Assembly: GCA_021813145.1 (NCBI GenBank)
Contig: JAKALS010000002.1
Coordinates: 35,595-99,594, forward strand
Length of the DNA stretch: 64,000 nucleotides
Direction: 5' to 3'
Source: a bacterium
Lineage (GTDB): Bacteria > Patescibacteriota > Microgenomatia > Levybacterales > UBA12049
Position numbers and translations under genes: made by a program. This document shows, piece after piece, positions 9,870-20,666 of this stretch (its first letter is position 1; every line of letters begins with the position of its first letter). Below the pieces are notes generated by a model that ran no database searches, was not told where the DNA came from, and saw only the letters and a program-made list of their open reading frames with translations.

Positions 9870-11858
9870 ATGAAATTTAAACTAAAATCGGATTTTAAAC
9901 CGACGGGGGATCAGCCCCAGGCTATCGAAAAACTTACCCAAAGCATAGAAAAAGGAAACGGAAACCAGGTTCTTTTAGGCGTTACGGGGAGCGGAAAAAC
10001 CTTTACCATGGCCAATGTTATACAAAATATTCAAAAGCCTACTCTTATTATTTCCCACAACAAAACTCTTGCGGGACAGCTATACCAGGAATTCAGGGAC
10101 TTCTTCCCCAATAACGCCGTCTGCTATTTTGTATCATATTACGATTTCTACCAGCCGGAGGCGTACATTCCACAAAGCGATACTTACATAGAAAAAGAAG
10201 TGGAAATTAACGAAGAAATAGATAAACTCAGGCTTTCTGCAACGACAAATCTTTTAACGAGAAAAGACGTAATAGTCGTCGCATCTGTTTCCTGTATTTA
10301 CAATCTTGGCTCCCCTCTTGAATACGGAAAATTTGTTATGGAACTGCAAAGGGGAGTTAAAATCGACCAGAAAAGTATCCTTTTAAGGCTGGCAGACCTG
10401 CAATACGAAAGAAATGATTACGGTTTTAAAAGAGGTACATTTAGGGTAAGAGGAGAAAACATAGACCTCTTCCCCGCGTATCTGGACAACGGACTTAGAA
10501 TTGAAATCTCGAACAATTTTATAAAAAAACTTTACGAATTCAATCCTCTTACGGGAGATATCACAAACGTAATTGAAGGGACGGTAATCTATCCGGCAAA
10601 ACATTATATGACAAACCCCGATACCTACAAAGATGTTTTTCCAAAAATAAGAAACGATTTAGATAAAAGAGTTTATGAACTGCGAAAGCAAAACAAACTT
10701 CTTGAAGCCCAAAGACTCCTGCAGCGGACAAACTATGACCTTGAGATGATACAGGAAGTAGGATATGTAAACGGGATAGAAAATTATTCAAGATATTTCG
10801 ACGGGAGAAAACCCGGCGAAGCTCCCTACACGCTCTTGAATTTTTTTAAAGAATGCTCCGCCGATTTTTTAACAATAATCGACGAATCGCATATGACAGT
10901 ACCGCAAATACGAGGAATGTACAACGGAGACAGGGCAAGAAAAGAAACCTTAATCGAATACGGATTCCGTCTTCCGTCCGCTCTAGACAACAGGCCTTTA
11001 AAATACGAAGAATTTGTGCACAGAGTCAACCAGATAACCTACGTAAGCGCTACGCCCGACGAATATGAAATATCACTGGCAAAAGAAACAGACGGCATTG
11101 TAGAGCAGCTCATAAGGCCTACGGGGCTTGTAGATCCTAAAGTTACGGTAAAACCGACAAAGGGACAGATAGAAGACTTAATAAGCGAAATTACAAAAAG
11201 GGTAAACAAAAAACAAAGGGTCCTTGTAACTACCCTTACAAAAAGAATGGCCGAAGAACTCTCTTCTTATCTTGAAGAAAGAGATATAAAAGTTTCTTAT
11301 CTTCATTCCGATATTGAAACACTGGAAAGACAGGACGTTTTGGATAGATTAAGGCTGGGAGAATACGACGTACTCGTAGGAATCAACCTTTTAAGAGAGG
11401 GCCTGGACCTTCCGGAAGTATCACTTGTTGCGATACTGGATGCCGATAAAGAAGGATTTCTAAGGAGCAGGACATCTTTAATTCAAACTATGGGAAGAGC
11501 TGCAAGACACTTGGAAGCGGAGGTAATAATGTATGCCGACGACATGACCGGCTCTATGGAAGCTGCAATAAAGGAAGTAGAAAGAAGAAGAGAAATTCAG
11601 CTTAGCTATAACAAAAAACACCATATAACTCCCAGGGGAATAGAAAAATCCGTACGGGCAAAGCTGGTAGAAGAGCAAAAAGAAAAAGAGGAAATGAATT
11701 ACCTTTTAACGCTAAGCAAAAAAGAAGTGATACTTCCCGACGAAAAAGAAAAACTGATTAAAAATCTTACAAAGGAAATGAAAAAAGCGGCCGCTGAATT
11801 GGACTTTGAAACCGCAACAATATTAAGGGACCAAATAAGAAATCTTAAAACAGTGTAA
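9870..11858 (+). CDS. uvrB: Excinuclease ABC subunit B
   Basis: [49 protein letters not shown]-terminal UVR coiled coil. Confidence 0.97.
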   Translation: MKFKLKSDFKPTGDQPQAIEKLTQSIEKGNGNQVLLGVTGSGKTFTMANVIQNIQKPTLIISHNKTLAGQLYQEFRDFFPNNAVCYFVSYYDFYQPEAYIPQSDTYIEKEVEINEEIDKLRLSATTNLLTRKDVIVVASVSCIYNLGSPLEYGKFVMELQRGVKIDQKSILLRLADLQYERNDYGFKRGTFRVRGENIDLFPAYLDNGLRIEISNNFIKKLYEFNPLTGDITNVIEGTVIYPAKHYMTNPDTYKDVFPKIRNDLDKRVYELRKQNKLLEAQRLLQRTNYDLEMIQEVGYVNGIENYSRYFDGRKPGEAPYTLLNFFKECSADFLTIIDESHMTVPQIRGMYNGDRARKETLIEYGFRLPSALDNRPLKYEEFVHRVNQITYVSATPDEYEISLAKETDGIVEQLIRPTGLVDPKVTVKPTKGQIEDLISEITKRVNKKQRVLVTTLTKRMAEELSSYLEERDIKVSYLHSDIETLERQDVLDRLRLGEYDVLVGINLLREGLDLPEVSLVAILDADKEGFLRSRTSLIQTMGRAARHLEAEVIMYADDMTGSMEAAIKEVERRREIQLSYNKKHHITPRGIEKSVRAKLVEEQKEKEEMNYLLTLSKKEVILPDEKEKLIKNLTKEMKKAAAELDFETATILRDQIRNLKTV

Positions 11859-11974
11859 TATTTTCCACATGTTCGATATCGGTATTATCCTCTACAATAA
11901 GAAAGCTATTCCTAGACTTTTAGAAATCCCGGGAGGAATCATGCGAGGTATTCACCTTTTCGGACAATCCCCAT

Positions 11975-12256
11975 TTATTTTTTCTTTCGAAGGTAATAAA
12001 GTTTAGATCTTCTTACTTTATCTTTAAGATGACTTTTAACCTCTACCTTTTCAACATTAGGCGTGTTTACGGGAAAAATTCTTTCAATCCCCACATCGCC
12101 TACCATTTTTCTTACCGTGAAAGATTTATTCCCTTCTCTGCCTTTGATTTTTAAGACCACTCCTTCAAATATCTGAATCCTTGTTTTTTCGCCTTCTTTT
12201 ATTTTTTGGTGAACTCTTATAATATCTCCGGGAACAAAATTAACCGCGTTTAACAT
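11975..12256 (-). CDS. rplS: 50S ribosomal protein L19
   Basis: [48 protein letters not shown]. Confidence 0.96.
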   Translation of the reverse strand: MLNAVNFVPGDIIRVHQKIKEGEKTRIQIFEGVVLKIKGREGNKSFTVRKMVGDVGIERIFPVNTPNVEKVEVKSHLKDKVRRSKLYYLRKKK

Positions 12257-12263
12257 AAAGCAT

Positions 12264-12292
12264 ATTATATCTTAAAAAACCCGCCTTGACAA
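12264..12292 (-). promoter_or_regulatory. sigma70 promoter of rplS (leaderless geometry)
   Basis: TTGTCA(12292-12287)-17 nt-TATAAT(12269-12264)-7 nt-ATG. Confidence 0.65.
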
Positions 12293-14005
12293 TCATTTTG
12301 TTTTAGAGGACGCCTTAAGAAATTCTACAAAAACAGGATGAGGAGACAAAGGTCTGCTTTTGTATTCGGGGTGCCCTTGAGTTCCAAAGTAAAACGGGTG
12401 GGCACTTTTTGGTAATTCTATTATTTCTGCCAGGTTTTCTATTACCGAACGCGCGCTTATAGTCATCCCCTTATCTTCGAATTGTTTTGCAAATTTATCA
12501 TTAAATTCATATCTATGTCTATGTCTTTCGCTGATTATTGATTTATCCCTATTTTTAAAAGCATTATATTTTTGATATATTTCATAAGCTCTAGTACCTT
12601 TCTTGACTTTTGCATCCCAGGCTCCTAGCCTCATTGTTCCTCCGTAAGCTCTTCTTTCCATAAGTTCTTTTTGACTCGGAATAAAATGAATTACGTCATG
12701 TTTTGACTTAGGATTGTTTTCTACTGTGTTCGCGTCTTTAAATCCCAGAATATCCCTTGCAAAAGCCACAGCAGCTAGCTGCATTCCGTAGCAGAGTCCA
12801 AGATACGGAATTTTATTTTTTCTTGCATAACTTGCGGCTTCTATCATCCCTTCCGCTCCTCTTTCGCCCCAACCTATCGGAACGATTATCCCATCGGGTT
12901 CACCCAATACTTCACGGACCCCCTGATCAGCATCTTTTTTGTCTTTCAAAGCTTTAGCTACAAAGGATTCTATTTTTTCCGCATCAATCCAGAAGGTTTT
13001 AACTTTTAAACCGGTTTCCCAGGCTGCGTGGTCTATGGCATCGAAAAGCGCCGCGTAAGAATCCCTTAATTGATACTCGCCTGTTCCGAAGTATTTTCCG
13101 ACAATTGCTATATTGATTTCTTTTTTTGATTTTCTCATTCTACTTATAAGTTGATTCCATTCCTTAAGGTCCTTCGTTTTTACTCTAAGCCCCAGCTTCT
13201 TGATTATCTTTTTATCCAAATCTTGTTTCTTAAGAACCAAAGGTATTTCGTAGACCGAGTTCATATCGGGACTGGAGATTACATCCTCTTTATGCATATT
13301 ACAAAAAAGGGCAAGTCTGTCTTTTCTCCTGTCATCCAAAAATCTTAAAGAACGGGTAATTATAAAATCAGGTTGTATCCCCATGGAATTGAGCGTTCTT
13401 ACGGAGAGCTGAGTGGGTTTAGTTTTCGGCTCGCCTAAATGACCGGGCGTGGGAACATAGCTTACGTGTATATGGATTACGTCTCCCGGATTTTTTAACG
13501 TCATCATTCTTGACGCTTCATAATAAAATACGTTCTGATATTCTCCGGCTGTCCCACCGAGTTCGATTATTACAATATCGGCTTTTTTTACTTTGCCTAC
13601 ATTTTCTATTCTTCCTATTATCTCATTAGTTATATAAGGAATAGCCTCTACGTCTTCTCCTTCGTATTCGAACCTTCTTTCTTTGTCTATAACCGTTTTA
13701 TAAATCTGTCCCATTGTAACGAAGTTGTCCCTTCCCATGTTTTCTCCGAGATATTTTTCATAGCTTCCTATATCCATGTCTGCCTCTGTTCCGTCTTCGC
13801 ACAGAAATGGATCACCGTGTTCTATCGGATTTATTGTCCCGGCGTCAAGATTCAGATAATTTTCGAATTTAATGGGGGTTACTTTATAGCCCGCAGATTT
13901 GAGAAGAAGAGCTATGGATGCAGCGGTAGTTCCTTTACCTATTCCGGATATCACCCCTCCGGAAACAAATATGTATTTTAACTTTTTAATATTACTAGAG
14001 GGCAC
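12293..14005 (-). CDS. pyrG: CTP synthase
   Basis: KYIFVSGGVISGIGKG, KTKPTQ, GLCYGMQ, GGTMRLG, ERHRHRYE, QGHPE. GTG 14005 chosen because it follows a promoter directly. Confidence 0.96.
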   Translation of the reverse strand: MPSSNIKKLKYIFVSGGVISGIGKGTTAASIALLLKSAGYKVTPIKFENYLNLDAGTINPIEHGDPFLCEDGTEADMDIGSYEKYLGENMGRDNFVTMGQIYKTVIDKERRFEYEGEDVEAIPYITNEIIGRIENVGKVKKADIVIIELGGTAGEYQNVFYYEASRMMTLKNPGDVIHIHVSYVPTPGHLGEPKTKPTQLSVRTLNSMGIQPDFIITRSLRFLDDRRKDRLALFCNMHKEDVISSPDMNSVYEIPLVLKKQDLDKKIIKKLGLRVKTKDLKEWNQLISRMRKSKKEINIAIVGKYFGTGEYQLRDSYAALFDAIDHAAWETGLKVKTFWIDAEKIESFVAKALKDKKDADQGVREVLGEPDGIIVPIGWGERGAEGMIEAASYARKNKIPYLGLCYGMQLAAVAFARDILGFKDANTVENNPKSKHDVIHFIPSQKELMERRAYGGTMRLGAWDAKVKKGTRAYEIYQKYNAFKNRDKSIISERHRHRYEFNDKFAKQFEDKGMTISARSVIENLAEIIELPKSAHPFYFGTQGHPEYKSRPLSPHPVFVEFLKASSKTK

Positions 14006-14010
14006 GATTA

Positions 14011-14039
14011 ATGATACCAAATAGCAAATTGAACGTCAA
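14011..14039 (-). promoter_or_regulatory. sigma70 promoter of pyrG
   Basis: TTGACG(14039-14034)-17 nt-TATCAT(14016-14011)-5 nt-GTG. Confidence 0.6.
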
Positions 14040-14054
14040 TAAGAAAACTTTATG

Positions 14055-14125
14055 AGCGGGATACGAGAATTGAACTCGCTTCTCTACCTTGGGAAGGTAG
14101 CATACTACCGGTGTACTAATCCCGC
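14055..14125 (-). tRNA. tRNA-Gly(CCC)
   Basis: GCGGGAT...ATCCCGC acceptor stem, CTACC-TTCCCAA-GGTAG anticodon arm, GTTCAA T-loop; CCA not encoded. Confidence 0.95.
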
Positions 14126-14169
14126 GCACGTGAATAGATTCTACCATTTCTGTTAGAATAATTCACTAC

Positions 14170-14200
14170 AATACTGCGGCAGTTCTAAGCTGCCCGTATT
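14170..14200 (-). terminator. Stem-loop downstream of LysM gene
   Basis: AATAC..GGCAG-TTCTAAG-CTGCC.GTATT imperfect inverted repeat; weak U-tract. Confidence 0.4.
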
Positions 14201-14223
14201 AAACTTTAAAAGGGAAATTAAAC

Positions 14224-14856
14224 TTAACGGGGGATCTTTAATACATTTCCTGAATGTATTATGTCCGGATTCGCAAGGCTGTTTGCTTTTGCAATATCAA
14301 CCCATTTGTATCCGTCTCCGTAAGCTCTTAATGCAATTTCCCAAAGATAATCTCCTTTTTGTACGGTATAAGTTACTCCTGTTATGGAAGGCTGGGTCAC
14401 AGTTGTAGGCACAGTGCTTGTAACGACCCTTGTTTTAACATTGGGAACAATAAGATTGGTTCCCGAAAATAGAACATTGGGATCGCTAAGTTTGTTTGCG
14501 TTTGCAAGATCTACCCAGTTATAACCGGAACCGTATATTTTTTCGGCAATACTCCAAAGATCGTCTCCCGCTTTTACCGAATAGGTCTTTGGAAGCATTT
14601 TTGTTCCCCCTACTTGTCTTTGCGTAGGAACAGGTGTTGCCGTTGCCGTTGCCGTTGAAGTCGATTGTGTTGACGTAGTAAGGTTCCTTCCTTTAATAAA
14701 AGAGAAAACCAAAATAGCCGCAACAACGACTACCACAATTCCGAGAAATAAACTTGTATAGGACTCTCCCCATTTAACTTCAGGGAAAATATTGCTTTTA
14801 GCTTTAGCCGATTTGGGGGCAGAACTTTTTCTGACTGTTTTTTTTGCTCTAGGCAT
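14224..14856 (-). CDS. Membrane-anchored protein with two LysM domains
   Basis: Basic N-terminus, one TM helix, Thr-rich linker, YSVKAGDDLWSIA and YTVQKGDYLWEIA LysM repeats; SD GAAAGGAGG before ATG 14856. Confidence 0.92.
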   Translation of the reverse strand: MPRAKKTVRKSSAPKSAKAKSNIFPEVKWGESYTSLFLGIVVVVVAAILVFSFIKGRNLTTSTQSTSTATATATPVPTQRQVGGTKMLPKTYSVKAGDDLWSIAEKIYGSGYNWVDLANANKLSDPNVLFSGTNLIVPNVKTRVVTSTVPTTVTQPSITGVTYTVQKGDYLWEIALRAYGDGYKWVDIAKANSLANPDIIHSGNVLKIPR

Positions 14857-14902
14857 CTTTGTCCTCCTTTCCGGACAGGGGTAAAGGAACTTTAGTATGG
14901 TG

Positions 14903-14977
14903 CGGGGTGAACGGGGCTCGAACCCGCGACCTCTTCCGTGACAGGGAAGCGCTCTAACCAAACTGAGCTACCACCCC
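14903..14977 (-). tRNA. tRNA-Asp(GTC)
   Basis: GGGGTGG TAGCTCAG D-arm, CTTCC-CTGTCAC-GGAAG anticodon arm, GGTTCGAG T-arm. Confidence 0.96.
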
Positions 14978-14997
14978 AGACTTACTGAGATTGCATT

Positions 14998-15026
14998 ATC
15001 CTAACAAATTGCTCAGATATAGTCAA
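14998..15026 (-). promoter_or_regulatory. sigma70 promoter of tRNA-Asp (and probably the LysM gene)
   Basis: TTGACT-17 nt-TAGGAT about 20 nt upstream of the tRNA. Confidence 0.55.
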
Positions 15027-15084
15027 TCCTGATTACGGTTTTTTGCTTGTGCCCCAAAGACCGAAGTGCTATGATTTTTTTGCC

Positions 15085-16848
15085 ATGAGCAACAAAGAAA
15101 TCGCAAAATTATTAAGGAACGTAGCAGCTGCCTATACTATTAAGGACGAAAAAAAGTTTTACTTCCAAATAGTCGCCTACCAAAAAGCCGCGGAAGCAAT
15201 AGAAGGACTTACTTCGGAACTAAAGGACTATTATGCGGAAGACAAGCTTGATGAGGTTCCGGGTATAGGGGTAACCTTGAAGTCGAGACTTGAGGAACTC
15301 TTTAAAAAAGGCAAAGTAGCTCATTACGAATGGGCACTTTCCGGAATTCCTCAGGCCATGTTCCCCCTCTTGGACATTCCTTCATTCGGTCCGAAAAAAG
15401 CATATAAACTGGTAAAGGAATTTAATCTTAAAAACCCCGACACCGTGATAGATGACATAGAAAAAATTGCAAAAGAAGGACGCATAGCTTCTCTTTCGGG
15501 TTTCGGAGAAAAATCCCAGAGTGATATTTTAAGGGCCATAGCGGAATTTAGAAAAGGCTCGGGTAAAACAACCAGAATGACTCTTCCCTTTGCGTCGGAG
15601 GTAGCCGAAAAAATGCTTGATTATTTAAGAAAATCTCCCGATGTTATAAGGGCCGAGCCTCTCGGAAGCCTAAGAAGAAGTTCTCCCACTGTCGGCGACA
15701 TAGATATTGCGGTAGCTTCAAAAAATCCTAAAGCAGTTCTTAATTATTTTATTAAATATCCTTACCTTGACAGGATTATCGAAAAAGGGTCAGTATCTTC
15801 TTCGATTTTAGCTTCAGGGGGAAAGCAGATTGATCTTCTTATCCAACCGCCGGAGGGATTCGGAGCATTGCTTCAACACTTTACGGGCAGCAAAAATCAT
15901 AATGTTCATTTAAGGGAATTTGCCCTGAAAAAAAGCCTGTCTTTGTCTGAATACGGAATAAAAAATACAAAGACAGGTAAATCAACGCAATACTCAAGCG
16001 AAGAAGAATTTTATAAAGCTATCGGACTTGAATGGATTCCTCCCGAAATGAGGGAAGACACGGGGGAAATTGAGTCGGCAGCAGAAGGAAATTTACCTAA
16101 AATTATAGAACTCTCGGATATAAAAGGAGATTTACACCTTCATTCAAGTTTTCCGATAGAACCAAGCCATGACCTTGGAGTAAATAATTTCAAGGAAATG
16201 CTTGCAGTAGCAAAGGATCTTAACTACGAATACGTAGGCTTTGCGGAGCACAATCCGAGCGTTTCGAAGCATACTCCAGAAAAAATTTACGGATTGGTTT
16301 CAAGAAGGAATGAAGCTATTGAACATATTTTATCGGACAATAAAAGTATTCGTATATTTAAATTACTCGAAACAGATATTCTACCTAACGGACAACTTGC
16401 AATTGATAATAAAACCCTTGAAACCCTGGATGGGACAATTGTTTCCATTCACAGTGTTTTTAATATGAGAAAAGACGAGATGACAAAAAGGGTAATCGAG
16501 GGACTGTCACATAAAAAAGCGAAAATACTTGCCCACCCGACCGGAAGAATGTTAAATGAAAGACCCGGTTACGAACTTGATTGGGAAAAGATATTCGAAT
16601 TCTGCATAAAGAATAACAAGGCGCTCGAAATTAACAGCTGGCCAACAAGACTAGATTTACCGGATTCCCTTATCCGAGAAGCGGTAAACAGAAAAATTAA
16701 AATGGTAATAGACACCGACAGCCACGCAAAAGACCAAATGTATCTTCAAAAATATGGCGTGGAAATGGCAAGAAGAGGCTGGGCTACTAAAAGTGACATA
16801 GTAAATACTTTGTCGTATAATGAATTCAGGGAATGGCTAAAAATCTGA
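15085..16848 (+). CDS. polX: DNA polymerase X family with C-terminal PHP domain
   Basis: HhH motifs, [32 protein letters not shown] motifs DLHLHS, AHPTGR, DTDSH; extended -10 TGcTATGAT before ATG 15085. Confidence 0.93.
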   Translation: MSNKEIAKLLRNVAAAYTIKDEKKFYFQIVAYQKAAEAIEGLTSELKDYYAEDKLDEVPGIGVTLKSRLEELFKKGKVAHYEWALSGIPQAMFPLLDIPSFGPKKAYKLVKEFNLKNPDTVIDDIEKIAKEGRIASLSGFGEKSQSDILRAIAEFRKGSGKTTRMTLPFASEVAEKMLDYLRKSPDVIRAEPLGSLRRSSPTVGDIDIAVASKNPKAVLNYFIKYPYLDRIIEKGSVSSSILASGGKQIDLLIQPPEGFGALLQHFTGSKNHNVHLREFALKKSLSLSEYGIKNTKTGKSTQYSSEEEFYKAIGLEWIPPEMREDTGEIESAAEGNLPKIIELSDIKGDLHLHSSFPIEPSHDLGVNNFKEMLAVAKDLNYEYVGFAEHNPSVSKHTPEKIYGLVSRRNEAIEHILSDNKSIRIFKLLETDILPNGQLAIDNKTLETLDGTIVSIHSVFNMRKDEMTKRVIEGLSHKKAKILAHPTGRMLNERPGYELDWEKIFEFCIKNNKALEINSWPTRLDLPDSLIREAVNRKIKMVIDTDSHAKDQMYLQKYGVEMARRGWATKSDIVNTLSYNEFREWLKI

Positions 16849-16861
16849 AGGAGGTGAGTTT

Positions 16862-17413
16862 GTGAGTATTACAATTACTTTGATTATCGTTGTTGCTGTT
16901 ATTATCGGACTTGTCTGGTATCTCTATAACAGCTTTATAGTAACCAAAATGAGGGTTTCAGAAGCATTCTCGCAGATAGACGTACAGCTTAAGCGAAGAA
17001 CTGATTTAATCCCGAACCTTGTAGAAACAGTAAAGGGCTATGCCAAACATGAAAGGGAGCTTTTTGAAAAGGTAACAAAAGAAAGAGCCAGTCTTGTCTC
17101 CGCAAAAAGTGCCGGAGAAAAAGCCGAAGCAAATAATCAGCTTTCTCAAACCCTAAAATCTATATTCGCGGTTGCCGAAAACTATCCCGAACTTAAAGCA
17201 AGCCAAAATTTTATGGAGCTGCAGGATGAACTTTCCGATACGGAAAATAAAATTGCGTATGCGAGACAGTTCTATAACAGCACTGTTATGGACTACAATA
17301 CAAAACTCCAGGTATTTCCGAATGTTTTTCTGGCAAGGATATTGAATTTTAAACCTGCGGAATTTTTCGGCGCAACGGAAGAAGAAAAAAAACCCGTAAA
17401 AGTAAGTTTCTAA
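16862..17413 (+). CDS. lemA: LemA family protein
   Basis: N-terminal [42 protein letters not shown]; SD AAGGAGGTG. Confidence 0.95.
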   Translation: MSITITLIIVVAVIIGLVWYLYNSFIVTKMRVSEAFSQIDVQLKRRTDLIPNLVETVKGYAKHERELFEKVTKERASLVSAKSAGEKAEANNQLSQTLKSIFAVAENYPELKASQNFMELQDELSDTENKIAYARQFYNSTVMDYNTKLQVFPNVFLARILNFKPAEFFGATEEEKKPVKVSF

Positions 17414-17417
17414 GACC

Positions 17418-18320
17418 ATGAAGGTATATTCGTCTATTTCAGGAAATAAGACAAAAACATGGCTGATAATGCTGTTTTTTGTCGTTTTCATTACGACCAT
17501 CGTCTATGTATTCTCAAAGGCAATGGGTTACGGGCTTTCTTTGGCAGGAATAGCGCTTATTCTTGCGGGAATTACGAGTATTGGAAGTTATTATTATTCC
17601 GACAAGCTCGTACTTGCCACGTCCGGGGCAAAAGAAATAAAAAAATCGGATAACCCCGAACTTTTCAGAACTGTCGAAAATCTTTGTATCGGTGACGGTT
17701 TACCGATGCCGAAAATATATATAATAAATGACACTTCCCCAAACGCTTTTGCTACGGGAAGAGACCCCAAGCATGCCGTGGTATGTGTGACGTCCGGACT
17801 GTTAAACAAACTTGATGATGTCGAACTCGAAGGAGTTATAGCTCACGAGCTGTCGCATGTAAAAAATTACGACATTAGACTTATGGGTGTTGTAGCAATT
17901 CTGGTAGGTTTTGTTGCTATTTTGGCAAATTTGTTTATGAACCAGCTCTGGTGGGGAGGTTTTGGGAGAGACAGAGAAGACAGAGGAAGCAATATCCAGG
18001 CATTATTTCTTGTTATCGGAATAATTCTCGCAATACTTTCCCCTATTGCAGCAACCCTTATACAACTTGCAGTTTCAAGAAAAAGAGAATTTCTTGCCGA
18101 TGCTTCCGGAGCTCTTCTTACAAGATATCCGGAAGGACTTGCCAGCGCCCTTGAAAAAATCTCAAAAGACCCTGCGGTTCTTAAAACCGCCAATAACGCA
18201 ACGGCACACCTTTTTATAGTCAACCCCTTTAAAGGAAAATCGGCAAAATCCTGGTTTGCATCCCTTTTCGACACACACCCGCCTATCGAAGAACGCATTA
18301 AGGCTCTTCGGGAAATGTAA
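17418..18320 (+). CDS. htpX: Zinc metalloprotease HtpX (M48)
   Basis: PNAFATGR, AHELSH, SRKREFLAD, THPPIEERI; follows lemA as is typical. Confidence 0.93.
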   Translation: MKVYSSISGNKTKTWLIMLFFVVFITTIVYVFSKAMGYGLSLAGIALILAGITSIGSYYYSDKLVLATSGAKEIKKSDNPELFRTVENLCIGDGLPMPKIYIINDTSPNAFATGRDPKHAVVCVTSGLLNKLDDVELEGVIAHELSHVKNYDIRLMGVVAILVGFVAILANLFMNQLWWGGFGRDREDRGSNIQALFLVIGIILAILSPIAATLIQLAVSRKREFLADASGALLTRYPEGLASALEKISKDPAVLKTANNATAHLFIVNPFKGKSAKSWFASLFDTHPPIEERIKALREM

Positions 18321-19606
18321 TGCTAAATCTTATCCTTATTCTTACAGGAAAATTATTGTCTTTTATAAGCGTTTATCTAAATCTTGGAAACGGTTCAACT
18401 TGGCCGGGCCATATTGCCCTTAATATTAATCCTGATTTTGCGGGAGAAATTCTTAAAAAATCTAAAACAAAGATAATTCTGATAACAGGTACAAACGGCA
18501 AAACGACAACGGCAAAAATACTTGAGTCAATTCTTGAAAAAGACGGAAAAAGAGTTTTAACAAATAAATCCGGAGCAAACCTCTTAAACGGAATTGCTTC
18601 CTCCCTTATTATGGAAGCAGGAGCTAACGGAAAAGTGAATAAGGATTATGCAATTTTTGAAACTGATGAAAGCGCCCTTTCCGAAGTAGCCTCAAGATTA
18701 ACTCCCGATTTTCTTATTGCCCTCGACTTATTCAGAGACCAGCTCGACAGATACGGAGAGGTGGATACAATATATAAAAACTGGAAAAGCATATATTCGG
18801 ACTTAAAAGGAAAAACAAAATTTATTCTTAACGGAGACGATCCGAGAATTGCTTATCTCGGAATGGAAACCGACGTAGATGCAAAATATTTCGGGCTCGA
18901 TGAACCCGCCTTTAAAACAAATATTCCACAATACGCCGCCGACTCTAGTATTTGCCCCAGGTGTTCTCATACTCTTGAGTTTAAACCGCTTTATTTTTCG
19001 CATATCGGAGTTTGGGAATGTCCCTCGTGCGGTCTTAAAAGACCTCGAATTTCTCTGAATAAAAGTCCCTCGTACCCTCTTGAGGGAATTTATAACATCT
19101 ATAACACTCTCGCATCCGTCCTCACCGCTCAAGAACTCGGAGTAGAAAAAGAAGCAATAGAAAAAGGTCTGATAGACTTTAAGCCTGCTTTTGGAAGGCA
19201 GGAAGAACTTAACATAGATAATCGTAAAGTCAAACTTTTCCTTTCAAAAAATCCGACCGGTTTTAATGAATCACTAAGGACAATTAATAGCCTGAAAGCA
19301 GGATATCTGCTTATAGTTTTAAATGACAGAATCCCAGACGGGAGAGACATATCATGGATATGGGATATAGATTTTGAAAACCTCTTAAAAACAAAAACGA
19401 CGATTAATTTAGCAGGAGACAGAGTTTATGATATGGCATTAAGGCTTAAATATGCGGGGTTAAAAACTCTAAATTTTGAAGATCTGGATGAGGCAATAAA
19501 TAATGTACTTGAAAAAGTTTCCGAAGGAGAAACTTTATATATCCTTCCTACTTATTCGGCAATGCTTGAAGTAAGAAAGATTCTAACAGGAAAGAAAATA
19601 TTATGA
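18320..19606 (+). CDS. murT: Lipid II isoglutaminyl synthase subunit MurT (Mur ligase + DUF1727)
   Basis: TGTNGKTTT, GANL, LFRDQLDRYGE, CPRC/CPSC zinc finger, KNPTG, DGRDISWIWD, PTYSAML. Confidence 0.9.
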   Translation: MLNLILILTGKLLSFISVYLNLGNGSTWPGHIALNINPDFAGEILKKSKTKIILITGTNGKTTTAKILESILEKDGKRVLTNKSGANLLNGIASSLIMEAGANGKVNKDYAIFETDESALSEVASRLTPDFLIALDLFRDQLDRYGEVDTIYKNWKSIYSDLKGKTKFILNGDDPRIAYLGMETDVDAKYFGLDEPAFKTNIPQYAADSSICPRCSHTLEFKPLYFSHIGVWECPSCGLKRPRISLNKSPSYPLEGIYNIYNTLASVLTAQELGVEKEAIEKGLIDFKPAFGRQEELNIDNRKVKLFLSKNPTGFNESLRTINSLKAGYLLIVLNDRIPDGRDISWIWDIDFENLLKTKTTINLAGDRVYDMALRLKYAGLKTLNFEDLDEAINNVLEKVSEGETLYILPTYSAMLEVRKILTGKKIL

Positions 19607-20370
19607 AATCGGCAATCAGCAATCAAAAATCTTTAATCATCGGATGGCTTTATCCTGACCTTATGAATACGTACGGAGACACGGGAAATATTACCGTTAT
19701 AAAAAAAAGGTGCTTATGGAGAGGGATAAATGCCGAAATTAAAAGCATAGGTCTTAATTCAAATGAAAAAGACCTTTTATCCTGCGACTTACTTCTTATG
19801 GGAGGGGCCCAGGACACGCAGCAGGAAATTGTAGCCAAAGACCTAAAAAGAAAAAAAGATGCGCTAAAAGAAACGATAGAAAAGGGAATTCCGGGCCTTT
19901 ATATCTGCGGAGGATTTCAGTATTTGGGCAATTACTATAAAACGGCTGACGGACATAAACTGGAACAGCTTGGAGTACTTGATATGTATACGGAAAATCC
20001 GGGGAGGAAAAGACTTATCGGGAATATAGCGGTAGAGACAGAAATTTTCGGGGGAAAGAAAATTTTACTCGGTTTTGAAAACCACGGAGGAAGAACTGTC
20101 TTAGGCAAAACAATAGTACCTCTTGGAAAAGTGTTAAAAGGATTCGGAAGCAACGACAAAGATAAAGAAGAAGGAGCAGTTTATAAAAATACTATTGGAA
20201 CATATTTTCACGGCCCTATTCTTCCCAAGAACCCGTTTCTCGCAGATTACCTCATAAAAAAAGCTCTCGAAATAAAATACGGGGAAGAAATAAGTCTTGA
20301 AAAACTGAATGACGAATTAGCCGAAAAAGCAAGAAAAACGATTGCTAAAAGGCTCTCTATTGCCATATAA
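19603..20370 (+). CDS. gatD: Glutamine amidotransferase GatD (CobQ-like), partner of MurT
   Basis: LYPDLMNTYGDTGN, GGAQD, ICGGFQYLG, GFENHGGRT, TYFHGPILPKNP. Confidence 0.9.
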   Translation: MKSAISNQKSLIIGWLYPDLMNTYGDTGNITVIKKRCLWRGINAEIKSIGLNSNEKDLLSCDLLLMGGAQDTQQEIVAKDLKRKKDALKETIEKGIPGLYICGGFQYLGNYYKTADGHKLEQLGVLDMYTENPGRKRLIGNIAVETEIFGGKKILLGFENHGGRTVLGKTIVPLGKVLKGFGSNDKDKEEGAVYKNTIGTYFHGPILPKNPFLADYLIKKALEIKYGEEISLEKLNDELAEKARKTIAKRLSIAI

Positions 20371-20378
20371 TAAAGCTA

Positions 20379-20666
20379 ATGAAAATTAACGTGCCCCATA
20401 TAGCAAAACTGGCAAATTTCCCCCTGTCTACGGAAGAACTGAAAAAATTTGAAATTCAGCTTGAAGAAACCGTAAAGCATGTAGAGAGTCTTAGTACCGT
20501 AAAGACAAATGGAATAGAACCGACGAGTCAGGTAACAGGACTTGAAAATGTAACACGTGAAGACGTTGCAAAACCCTCTCTGACCCAGGAAGAAGCATTA
20601 TCGAATACAAAATCAAAACACAACGGGATGTTTATGGTAAAAGGAATTTTCGAAAATGAAGCTTAA
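20379..20666 (+). CDS. gatC: Asp/Glu-tRNA amidotransferase subunit C
   Basis: HIAKLA..., NVTRED, position before gatA; TTGCTA-18-TATAAT-7-ATG promoter. Confidence 0.9.
   Translation: MKINVPHIAKLANFPLSTEELKKFEIQLEETVKHVESLSTVKTNGIEPTSQVTGLENVTREDVAKPSLTQEEALSNTKSKHNGMFMVKGIFENEA

Noticed and set aside
11859-11974. 116-bp gap between convergent uvrB and rplS as a possible ncRNA
   Set aside because: No recognisable SRP, tmRNA, RNase P or riboswitch motif; only weak hairpins.
14857-14961. N-terminal extension of the 245-aa ORF (MVRALPCHGRGRGFEPR...)
   Set aside because: It is tRNA-Asp read as codons; the real LysM start is ATG 14856 after a strong SD.
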